Source: Chiloscyllium plagiosum (lineage: Eukaryota). From it: a DNA stretch of 64,000 nt. The stretch spans positions 2,396,276 to 2,460,275 of the forward strand of contig NC_057757.1 of NCBI RefSeq assembly GCF_004010195.1, in the 5' to 3' direction. The notes beneath the pieces were generated by a model. The model had not been told where the DNA came from, did no database searches, and saw nothing but the letters and a program-made list of their open reading frames with translations. This document shows positions 52,145 to 63,405 of this stretch, one piece after another (position 1 is the first letter of the stretch; the number at the start of each line of letters is the position of its first letter). The position numbers and the translations under genes were made by a program.

Positions 52145-53632
52145 GTGTTGTGGCTGTACAGTATGCTGGTTAGGCCACTTTTGGAATACTACATTCAATT
52201 CTGGTCTCCCTGCAAAAGGAAGAATGTTAAACTTCAAAGGGTTCAGAAAAAATTTACAACGATGTTGCCGGGATTAGAGGGTTTGAGCTATAGGGAGAGG
52301 CTGAATAGACTGAGGCTATTTTCCCTACAGCATCGGAGGCTGAAGGATGACCTCACTTATAAAATGACGTTTATAAAATCATGAGGGACATGATTAGGGT
52401 AAATAGTCAAAGTCTTTGCCTCCAGGTAGGGGACTCCAAAACTAGAGGGCATAGGTTTAAAGTGAGAAGGGAAAGATTTAGAAGGGACCTGAGGGGCAAC
52501 GCTTTCACAGAGAGGGTAACGCATTTATGGAATGAGCTGCCAGAGGTGGTGTTGGTGGCAGGTACAATAACAAATTTAAAAGGCATCTGGATGCGTACAT
52601 GAATAGGAAAAGGTTTAAGAGAAAAATGGGCTAAATGCTGGCAAATGGGACTAGATTAATTTAGGACATCTGGTCGGCATGGAATCTGGAATTGAAAGCT
52701 GGTCTCAGTTATGGAGACCATGGTAACTATTGCAAAACCCCTTTTGCAGCAAAGTCCTTTTAGGATATGAAATCTGCCATCCTTACCCAGACTGGTCTAT
52801 GTGTGACGCTAGACCCACAGCGAAGTAATTGGCTCTTAATTACTCTCTGAAGTGATATCACAAAACAATTGGATGAAGGATAATTCAGGATGGGCGAAAG
52901 CCTTGCTGCTGTGTCCACATATTATAAAAGAGCCTTCGGTTGTAGTACGGAGAGACGTAGGGATTCAGGTATATAATTCTTTGAGGTTTGCATTTCATGT
53001 AGACAGGGTAGTTAAAAGGACATTTACCACGCTTGTCTTCATTGCTCAGCCCTTTGAGTATAGGAGTTGTGATGTCATGTTGAGGTTGTACAGGACGCTG
53101 GTGAGGCCTCTTCTGGAACACTGTGTCCAGTTCTGGTCGCCCTGTTATAGGAAGATTATTATTAAGCTGGAAGGTTTGAGTTGTAAGGAGAAGCTGGATA
53201 GGCTGAGACCTTTTGCACTAGAGTGTAGGAGGTTGAGTAGTGAACTTAGAGGTTTATAAAATCATAAGGTGAACAGCCATGGTCTTTTTTCCTAGGGTAG
53301 TGGGGTCTAAAACTAAAGGGCTTAGGTTTAAGGTGAGAGGAAAAACATTTAAAAGGGACCCAAGGGGCAACTTTTTCACACAGAGGGTGGTCTGTGTCTG
53401 GAATAAGCTGTCAGAGGAGGTGCTGGAGACAGGTACAATTACAACGTCTGGATGGGTACATGAATAGGAAAGGTTTGGAGGGATATGGGCCAGGAGCAGG
53501 CAGGTGAGACTAGCTTAGTTTGGAATTATGGTCGGCATCGACTGGTTGGATAGAAGGGTCTGTTTCTGTGCTGTATGAGTCTTTGAAAGAAAGCAACAGC
53601 TCTTCTTGAGTGCTGTCCAACTCTATGACTAT
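52145..53632 (+). mobile_element. Two CR1 3' fragments (52145-52682; 52935-53582) involved in an inverted duplication
   Basis: LVRPLLEYYIQFWSPC and LYRTLVRPLLEHCVQFWSPCYRK translations. Confidence 0.8.
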
Positions 53633-53693
53633 GTGTTCCCAGAGGCTCTGGAATATTAATCCTGTGGTATTACCAATAAACCACAATCCTTAC

Positions 53694-53880
53694 TTTCCTC
53701 CTGGTGCGCTCTTTATCGAGGGTGTCCTTCAGAATCTGATTCTCATACAGGGAGGATTCAGCCACCAGTCCCTCTCCCGTACCCAGCCGCATCCGGGAAT
53801 ATCGAGGGAAGAGAGCAGCGTCATCCAATCCCAGGAGGGGTATGGGCGGGGAGACAGAAATCTCCTGGTATGGTTTGGCA
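53694..53880 (-). CDS. CNTROB: Centrobin coding exon 4
   Basis: AKPYQEIS...LFPRYSRMR...ENQILKDTLDKERTRRK; tttcag| and |GTAAGG; 187 nt, phase 2 to 0. Confidence 0.92.
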
Positions 53881-54387
53881 CTGAAACATAGAAAGCAAGT
53901 TAGAATCATAGGACACAACAGCACAGGAAGTAACCGCTCAGCCCCTTGTAACCTTGACATCCCTTTGCACTTCCACTCATCCCATCTGCTCCCTATGGCA
54001 TTGCAAATCCATCTCCCTTTTGAAAGCCAGGGCTGAACCTGCCTCCACCACACGCACAGGTCATATTTCAGATCCTAACCGCTCACTGTATATAAAAAAA
54101 AAGGCTTTTCCTCACACCTTCTGTTGCCAGTTACTTGAACTCTGAGCCATCTCGTTCTCTTCTGTCAATGGGGACAGCTTCTCCCTCTCGACTCTGCCCA
54201 GACTCTCATGATTTTGAAAACCTCTATCAAAAGTCCTCTCAGCTTTCTCTTTTCCAATGATACCAGCCCCAGCTTCTCCAATCTATCCCCATTTCTGAAG
54301 ACCCCCATTCCTGGAACCCATCTCAAAACCTTTACTGCGCCCTCAAAGATTTTCAAATCTTTTCATTCACAATGACTTAAAACACAA

Positions 54388-54614
54388 TGTTAAAAATTAC
54401 ACAACACCAGGTTATAGTCCAACAGACTTACTTGGAAGCACTAACTTTCAGAGTGCTGGTCCTTTATCAGGTGGTTGTGGAGTCCACAATCACCTGATGA
54501 AGGAGCAGCGTTCTGAAATCTAGTGCTTCCAAATAAACCTGTTGGACTATAACCTGGTGCTGTGTGATTTTTAAACTTTGTATACCCCAGTCCAACACTG
54601 GCGTCTCCAAATCA
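54388..54614. mobile_element. Palindromic Penelope-derived insertion, second family, carrying a hammerhead motif; 11-bp TSD
   Basis: Inverted arms of about 90 bp centred near 54481; TTAAAACACAA at 54377-54387 and 54615-54625. Confidence 0.78.
54488..54528 (+). ncRNA. Minimal type I hammerhead ribozyme motif; activity untested
   Basis: CAC, CUGAUGA (54494-500), A, GGAGC-AGC-GUUCU, GAAA (54515-18), UC, UA, GUG. Confidence 0.55.
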
Positions 54615-57464
54615 TTAAAACACAACATCAGTCAAAAGTTTGGAATTTTTAAAAAGCCTTTTTTTTTTATATAAAAGATATCCAGGATTTCATATTGAAT
54701 GAATAAATCTCTAAAAAGCAGCAAAGGAATTAGCCTCCAGAAGGTGCTGGGAAGCAGCAATCTATCGGAATCACTGCTTCCCACGTGGCATTGGTAAGTC
54801 CATTGTCAAGTGTTTTTTTTACTCATGGTTTGACATACTGACCATCTTGTTGGGTCATTTCAGAGGGCAGTTAAGAGTCAACCTCAGAGCTATGGTTCTG
54901 GAGTCACGAGAAGGCCTGACGCAGTTACAGCAAATTACCAGCACCCAACGAACAGTAGTGAACTGAACACTTTGTTTTAAATGATCAATGATAGCTTCAT
55001 GGTCACGATTATTGAAACAAGTATTTCCATTCCAGGCGTATTTAATGAGCTGAATTTAAATTCACAAGATATGCTAATGTATTGGGATTATTAAGCCAGG
55101 CCTCCACATTGCTTGTCTGGTAGTGTAACCAGTCTGTAGCATATCCACGGCAGCAATGAGCATACAACACGGGCAGTTGCTCAACTTGGTCTGGTCCTTT
55201 AAAGTCACTGTATAGTAAACAGTCTCAGGAGGTGCCCAGATCAGTGAGGGCTATTTTAGCCAGACAATTACATTGATTGTCAGCTCCTGATAGCCACCAC
55301 GCCCACCCTGGCTCACAGGGAATAAACCACTTCCCCCAGACATCTGCCCAGTGGTGACCCTATTCTAACATTTTTAACTTCACATGAACCCAGAGCGTAA
55401 GGCGGGGAAGGGATGAGAGCTGAACTCGGGGATGGGTTGGCTTCAGTTGCTGAGGAGGCTAGGAAGTTGGGACTTTAGCCCGTGAACTGGTTTTTGGAAG
55501 GTTTGGGGGCGATGGGGGGAATGGGGGGTTGTTGAGTGGAAAGGGAGAGTTGAACATTGGGTGACAAGAGCAAACTTCCAACAAAATGAAGCAAATGCCT
55601 GACCTTACACAGCCTGCAGAAACAACTGAACTCAAAGAGCAGTCCATTAGGTCATACCCACCAACAAATCAAAGGTAAGTATTTCAAAAGTGGTCTTGCA
55701 GGTGTTAGCACTCAGTCCAAGCTCCATCACAGCTACTGCGGTTTCAGAACGAGCCACCTCAAATTTCTGTTGTGCAACTCTCACCGAGGGTCATGCTGCT
55801 CAGTATATGAAGTCCTGAATTAAACCCAGACAATCCAATTTCATTCATGCTTAGCTCAATGCTGCCACAGCGCACTCAGTGATAGCATTCCACCGTGATG
55901 AAGCTGTATAAGACTTTGTAACGGCCATAGCAGAAGTACTGTGTGCAGTTCCAGTCACTGCACTATGTGATTGCACTGGATGGGGTGCAGAGGAGGCTTA
56001 CTCGGACGTTGCCCTGGGATGGAGCGTTTCAGTGATGAAGAGAGGCTGGATAAGTTTGCTTTGGAGCAGAGAAGGTTGTCGGGGGGGGGGGGAACACGTC
56101 ATAAAATTCCTATAGTGTGATAGCAAGTCAGTCCCACCCCCACCACACCCCATCCCATCCCATCCCACCCCCGAAGAGCAGCCCTTCCAGACCTAACGCC
56201 CTACCCTATTCCTATAACCCTGCATCCTCCATGGCTAACCCACCTACACATCCCTGGATACTAATGGGGTAACTTACTATGGCCAATCCACCCTAATCTA
56301 CACATTTTTGGATCGCGGGAGGAAACATGAGCACCCAGACGAAACTCATGCAGACACGAGGAGAATATGCAGACTCTACACAGGCAGTCACCCAATGATG
56401 GAATCAAACCCTGGTCCCTGTGCTAACCACTGAGTCATCATGCCGCCCTAATAGAGGTTTGTAAAATTTTGAGGGGCATGGACAGTGTGGAAATAAAGTT
56501 GCTACTCCCCTGAACTGAAGAGTCAATAACAAGGGCAGGCATAATCTTAAAGTGAAAGGTGGGAGGGTTAAAGGGGATCTGAGGAAAAGCTTTTTTACCC
56601 AGAGGGTGTTGAGTGTCTGGAATGCGCCTCCAGGGGACAAGATGAGATGGGAAACCTCAATCTTTAAAAAGCAGTTAGATGAGCACTTGGTGCGTCATAA
56701 CATTCAAGGCTGTGGGCCTATTGGGGAAAAGTGGGACTAGTGAAGTTGGTTGTGTATTTTTGGCAGTAGACTTGACTGGTTGAAGGGCCTCTTCCACAAT
56801 GTATATTTCCCTCGATTGATTCGATAGATCATGGGAGTCAACATCCCAGGTCAGAGTACCTCATCCAGGCGGATAATCCCCATTTCAGTCCTGAAGGGGG
56901 CTGGATAGGGATGGGTGGGTTCAACACTGTCTTGCATTCAGACGTCAAACCAACCAAAGTGCCTTCCTCTGCTGTTCTGGGCAAACGTGAAGAATTCCAG
57001 TGCTCTTTGGAGCATCCCACCTCGACATTCTGGTCAATTGCCATCCCACAACCTGTGACAACTGTGTGCTGCCGCTCGTGGAATCTTGCTCTGCACAAAT
57101 CGATGACAGCAGCGACAGCTCTTTGTAAAGTACAATGTCAGCTGGCAATCTCTTTGCAACATCCTGAGGTTTCAAAAGACCCTTGAGAAAAGCAAATGCT
57201 CCTTGTCTGCAGCATCCAGTGCCCCTGGCTACTATCTTCGTTCCCTTGTCATTCAGTTCAGCTTCTCTTCTCAAAGACCCACCAAGAGGGAATGTGCAAT
57301 CATGGGCATAAACATTCACTAGCCAAAGAGTCTTGGAGAGTAAATTGCATCATTATCCACTCATAATTTGCCCCTCTCCTGGTGTTGAAAAGAATTTATT
57401 CACAAAGCAAACCCTCCAAGTCTAACTGACTGAACCATTTGCTGATTCAAGTCTGCCCACTCAC

Positions 57465-57555
57465 CTCAGTAAGGCACTGGTGCAGTCACTCTCGAAAGAA
57501 TCGTCATCTCGCTGGTCATCAATCCCCTTCGACATCAGGGAACTGGGGCTTACGC
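57465..57555 (-). CDS. CNTROB: Centrobin coding exon 3
   Basis: VSPSSLMSKGIDDQRDDDSFESDCTSALL matches the DSFxSDxTxxLL motif; 91 nt, phase 1 to 2. Confidence 0.9.
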
Positions 57556-57756
57556 CTGTGTGGGTGGGAGCAGAACAAAACCCGTCACCCCAGGCTTCAC
57601 TTACAAACACAATTCCCCTTGGTATCTTCCCCCTTACTCACAGAATCATAGACCGATACAGTATGAATGCAAGCCATTCAGCCCATCGAGTCTACACTGA
57701 TTCTCCAAAGAACATTCCACTCTATCCTTGTAACCCTTCCCCATGGATAACCCCAC

Positions 57757-58426
57757 TGTGGGAAAAGATCTGCCACCCTGCCAACCCATAATAGGAAAGC
57801 AAACTTGGCCAAACTATACCAAAAACATCCAGAATGCCTCAGTAGGGACCAAGCAGGCTGACAAGTGAAACCAGACAGCACTCGCAGACAAGGGAATACA
57901 CTTCCCAACACCCACTAACAATGCCAGATCAACACAGCTGTCCCAAAGTCCCGAGGGCAGTCTCATAACTCGGCAATACCAAAGCCACACAAAGAACAGG
58001 TCAGACAGAGAGGCACCATCAACAGCATTGCTACCAGGACAAGACAATGGAAGCACCTTTCAGAAGAGACATTAGCACCTACCTGCGAAGAGGACTAGAA
58101 TCTCCTGACCCATTGATACTGTCAGGGTGTCGCATTGTAATGAGAATCACAACATTCATCTGATAACCATTTTCCAATTACCATCATTGTAACTAGATTA
58201 CTCCATATCTTTCCCCATTTCTAATTAATCTTATTCATAAGATAATAAAACCTGGCTTCTTCCTCATCTTGAGGAAGAGAACCCTTGATCTACCTGCACA
58301 GACCGTCAGTTCTGTGTCAGCCCAGTCAATTTCTCTTTCAGCGATATCACTTGTAATAAACAGCTTGTCAATTTCACCCAATCTGATTTGTGTGGTCTCT
58401 GCTTTATTGGGGTAATTTCTCCAACA
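57757..58426 (+). mobile_element. Solo LTR with a 5-bp TSD, inserted into an HE1-like SINE
   Basis: Termini TGTGGGAAAA...TTTCTCCAACA; CCCAC at 57752-57756 and 58427-58431; AATAAA near the 3' end; SINE halves lie on both sides. Confidence 0.72.
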
Positions 58427-59277
58427 CCCACCTAGCCTGCACATCCCTAGAGACTATGGGCAATTTCCCATGGCCAATCCACCGAACCAGCAGATCTCTG
58501 GACTGTGGGAGAAAACCCACGCAGACTGGGGAGAATGTGCAAACTCCACACAAGACAGTGTCCCAGGCACTGAGAGTCAGCAGTGCCAACCGCTAAGCCA
58601 CTGTGCCGTCTGAATCAGGAACCATCACTGGCAAGGCTGAAGTTGGGGAGGATACTCCCCAAAGCCGAGAAGAGGGGATACTCCCAGTGCCAGTCTCAGC
58701 TGGTCCTAACACTTCTCATTCAACCTCACCACAGGGCATTGGTAAAATAACAGCCTGGTGGTATTATCGTTAGACAATTGATCAAGAGAACCAGGTAATG
58801 TTCTGGGGAGTCGGGTCAGAATCTTGCCATGCCGGATGGTGGAATTTGAATTCAATATTAAAAATCTTGAATTAAGAGTCTAATGACCATGACCACAAAT
58901 CTATTGCTGATAGTCAAAAAATCACATATGGCTCACTCATGTCCTTCCGGGATGGAAACTGCTGTCCTTACCCAATCTGGGCAACACACAATTCCAACCT
59001 CACAGCGGTTGAATCTCAACTGCCCACTGGGTAATTAGGGATGTGCACTGAGTGCTGGCCTAGCCTCCAGCACCCAATACCCTGAAAGAAAAAAAGAAAT
59101 CTGGCTGCTGCACTGAGGAGCTCTCCAATTGGCCACTTCCCCACCCAACCGTGAGACCGATTATGGGATGATATGGGGTAGAAAAGTCAACACTGGCAAG
59201 TGCTGTGCTGTGGCATTAACCCTGGCCCCATCCTTCCTTTTAATTTTCAGCCCGAGAGGCATTGACACTGTACTCAC

Positions 59278-59362
59278 TGCAGGTGAGCTCCTGGGAGAGT
59301 TTCAACATGTTCTGCAGGTGGGACCGGACTGACTCCATCTCCGAGATGTGCCTGGATCCACC
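59278..59362 (-). CDS. CNTROB: Centrobin coding exon 2
   Basis: GGSRHISEMESVRSHLQNMLKLSQELTC matches the HIxEMESVR motif; 85 nt, ctgcag| and |GTGAGT, ends phase 1. Confidence 0.92.
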
Positions 59363-59894
59363 CTGCAGAGGAAAAATGAACAGGGTGAGGATGGGGAAGT
59401 TAACTATGGCATCACCCCTGGAGAGGTTAAGACATTGGTTCTAGCTATCCTGAAGACACAAGTACAAGCCCCATTCACTGCAGTTCGGCAGCCAGAACGA
59501 AACTAAATCAAATTTGACAATAGAAGATGCAGAAGCAGGAACAATGGAAATATCATAAGGCCATTTGGCCCCACAGACTGCCAATCTAGATCATGGCTGA
59601 CCTTCGACCTCAACATCATTTTCCCACACTAGATCCCTTTGATGTCTTTAATATCTAGCAATCTACCAGTCTCTGGTTTGAACATGGCTAGGCAGAACAG
59701 TGCCAAAAGCATGGGTCTGATTCCCAAACCAGTTGAGGTTACCATGAAGACATCCCCTCCCCAATACTCTTGACCCACTCCAATTTGCCTATCAGACCAA
59801 CAGATCCACAACAGATGTCATATCACTTGCCCTTCACTTCTCCCGAGAACATCTTGACACCAAGAATAGCTACATAAGAATCCTACTCACTGAC

Positions 59895-60970
59895 CACAGT
59901 TCAGCCTTCAATGCTATTACTCCCTCGAGACTGATTACTAAACTTTGTGATCTCGGTCTAAGCCCCACTCTCTGCAATTAGATTCTCAGTTTCCTGATCC
60001 ATAGGACATAATCAGTGAAGATTGGGGACAATATTTCATCATCACTAACACTGGAGCCCCCCAGGGGTGCGTACTCAGCCCCCTACTGTACTCACTGTAT
60101 ACCCATGACTGCGTCGCCAAATATCAGACTAATGCCATGTACAAGTTCGCTGATGACACGACTATAGTCGGTCAAATCTCAGATGGTGATGAAACAGACT
60201 ACAGCCGGGAGGTGGAAGACCTGGAAAAATGATGCTCTGAGAACAACCTAACTCTCAATGCCAACAAAACCAAGGAACTCATTATTGACTTTTGGCAGGA
60301 TGTTACTCATGCCCCCCTACACATTAACAGCACAAAGGTTGAACGAGTGGGGAGTGTCAAGCTCTGGAAGTGGTCCTCCACAACAAGCTTTCTTAGACTC
60401 TTCATGTGGACGCACTGGTTACAAAGGCCCAACAATGGCTCTTCTTCCTCAGACAGCTGAGAAAATTTGGCATGATGCCAAATACCCCTGCCAACTTTTA
60501 TAGGTGAACCATTGAGAGCATTCTGTCTGGATGCATCACTACTTGGCATGGCAACTGTACCATTCAAGATCGGAGACGGTTACAGAGAGTGGTGAACTCG
60601 GCCCGGACAACCACAAAGGCCAACCTCCCATCTATAGAATCCATCTACCAGGCCCCGCTGTCAAGGAAAAGCCACCAGCATTCTCAAAGATCCATCCCAC
60701 CCTGGCAACGTTTTTCTACAACCTCTACCATCGGGGAGAAGGTACAGAAGCCTGAAGGTACACGCACCAGCCGGTTTCGTAACAGTTTCTAATGTTGTTA
60801 GAATACTGAATGGACTCACAAACTCTTAATATTTGCTTGTACCTGTGTTTTGTTTTTGCCGCTGTTTACCTATTATTTATTATCTATGCTACTTAACTCT
60901 ATGATCTGCCTGTATTGCTCACAAGACAGAGCTTTTCACTGTGTCTCAGTACACATGACAATCAATTCAA
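59895..60970 (+). mobile_element. 5'-truncated, decayed Rex1/Babar-type LINE (RT C-terminal part and 3' tail)
   Basis: Translates TGAPQGCVLSPLLYSLYTHDC...YKFADDTTIVG and later KAQQWLFFLRQLRKF, with stops and frameshifts; tail CTTTTCACTGT...TACACATGACAAT. Confidence 0.8.
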
Positions 60971-61518
60971 TCTCACCTGAGACGTGGTGACCCTAGGTAA
61001 ACCACTGATCATCTCTTGCTAATGACAGACAGTCATATGGTCTGGTGATAATCTCCTCAGCCCCCTAGGGTAGAGAACTTCAGCAATTCACAGCTCTCCG
61101 TCTGAAGACATTTCTCCACATCTCAGTCCCAAAGGGCCTGCTCCCTATTCTGAGACTGTGTCCCCCTGGTTCTATGCATTCCACCCTACCCTGGGCAGGA
61201 ACTACAACAAACTTTGTTTGAACTGGCACCTTATGAACCAGCACTCTTGATAAACCTCCAAATTACTTAACTAAAAAAAAACTGTATGCACGATCCGCAA
61301 GTAGTCAGTTGAGGGTGGGAGTGAGAAAATTCTCGGCCAATAAGTTTGACTTAAGGCAAAGTTGCATTCTCATTAAGTGATCTATGCTGTAAATAAAGTA
61401 TAACAGTGATGTATATACCCCCTGCATCACGTTGTTATTACTTAGTGAATGTTTTTACGTTGATTATACGGACCTTTTGATCAACCAGAACATTTGATGA
61501 ACCAGCATGAAAAAAAGG

Positions 61519-61842
61519 GGTGGCACGGTGGCTCAGTGGTTAGCACTGCTGCCTCACAGCACCAGGGACCCTGGTTCGATTCCACCCTTGGGTGACTGTC
61601 TGTGTGGAGTTTGCACATTCTCCCCGTGTCTGCGTGGGTTTCCTCCGGGTGCTCTGGTTTCCTCCCACAGTCCAAAGATTAGGTTAGGTGAACTGGCGAT
61701 AGTGTCCAGGGATGTGTAGGCTAGATGCATTAGTCAGGGGTAAATATAGGGTAGGGGAATGGGTCGGGGTGGGTTACTCTTCGGAGAGTCAGCGTGGACT
61801 AGTTGGGCCGATGGGCCTGTTTCCACACTGTAGGGATTCTAG
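61519..61842 (+). mobile_element. HE1-like SINE inserted in a TA-flanked Tc1/mariner (Tigger-like) MITE spanning about 61203-61895
   Basis: SINE consensus; the flanks begin TACAACAAACTTTGTTTGAACTGGCACC and end GGTTAATAAAAACAATTTACTGTA (degenerate TIRs). Confidence 0.65.
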
Positions 61843-62763
61843 TTCTAGCATACTCCTGGTCCCATAGGTAATGGTTAATAAAAACAATTTACTGTAGTAC
61901 CCTTCCTGTTGAATCCTGCAAGAAATCTGTATACTCCCATGGGTTCACCCCTCATTCTTCTACACTCTAGCGAGTATAGGCTCAGTCTCCTCAATTTCTC
62001 CTCATAGGACAGTGCACTGCTCCAGGAATCAGCAAAGACTGAGCATGTAAATGTCGGCACTGTCAACAAAACTCGCTGATTGTTCCACTGAGGGAAGGAC
62101 AAATGCTGCTTAACTTGATATGGACCGATAAATCCAACCCAGCAAGAAGGTGATTCTTAACCAGCCGTGGAGTTGCTAAGGATGGGATACCCTGTACGGA
62201 CAACAAACAGCAGTCCTGGCAGCAAACTGCTACATACACCGTGCCCACCTAAACAAGAAATCGTTTACGTAGTACTCTTGGCCAGTAATGGGAAAGGGGC
62301 TGAGATGCACCCCTCAGCATTTTGTTTATTCTCCTCCTTTCTTGCAAGCGCAGAGTCCAGATGCACAAATCAAAACCAGCCAGACTGAAGATGAAAATAA
62401 AAGATCTTTGGGTAGAGGTGTCCTGAATAGAAAAGCACAGAAACAGGCCACTCAGCCCAACTGCTCTCTGCTGGTTCATGTCAGCCCCTTCCTACACCAC
62501 CTTATCTCATCCCAGTAACACTTTCATTTGGGATATACACACACAAATACAGGTTTGGTATTCACCTCAACATCCCCCCACTACAGTATCTGGAGTGAGC
62601 GATGGTACAGGTGGCTGTGCTATAACACGCATTTCGTTAACGCGAATTTGCTGTAATGTGATTGACAAATTTGGGACACTGTTTCTAAAGTGCGAACTTT
62701 TAAAACGTGTGTTGGCCGTACATCACCAGCACTTTAAGTGTCATTTCTAAAACGCAGATTTAC

Positions 62764-63405
62764 CTTTGTCCCGTCGCTACTTTCTGCCCTTTTGGAGAGT
62801 CGCTGGACCGCTTGCATGGCTGGTTCTTCTAGACCAGGGGGTACCATCGGACCAGGGGGTACCATCAGCCCAGGGGCCTTGTCGGAAAACTGGACAGACT
62901 TGGGTCGGTGGGAGGTGGTGGTTTCGTGGGTTCCCGGCCCTGCCACCTCATGCAGGTGGCCCAGCCCGGTCTGGCTGCTGGCAGTCAGCCTGAGCACAGG
63001 GTCAGGCTGCCAGGGAGGTCCTGAGCGCGCCAAATCAGTCCCACCTCCCCGCTGCAATGTCTCTCTGGAGCGAGAGGTGGGGGCACCTACGGAGGAGGAG
63101 GAAGGGGGAGAAGACGAGTGGGCAGCTCCCAGCGAGGAGTGCAGCCTGGCCGTCATCTCTGAGGAGGTGGTGGTGGCGACGAAGCTGGCATGGGGGCTGC
63201 TGGGCAGGGAGCGGGCCGCGACGGAGGCAGCGGAGAGTCCAATTCGGGACTCGTCGGCGGCCGAGGTGAGGCGCGGGCTGGGTGGGGCAGAGCTGGGGGC
63301 GGACGGTGGCAGGAACTCCACGTCGCTCATCAGATCCTCGGTTCGAATCGGGGAGTCCATTCGGCGGCGCTGCCCTCTTGGAACCAGGCGGGAATCCATC
63401 TGCAT
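62764..63405 (-). CDS. CNTROB: Centrobin coding exon 1
   Basis: EDLMSD and SSEMTARLHSSL resemble the centrobin N-terminus (EDLLSD, SSEVTSQLYASL). Donor AAG|GTAAAT at 62764; upstream acceptor ccacag with the exon starting at 63430. The start ATG could be 63405, 63399 or 63360. Confidence 0.82.
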
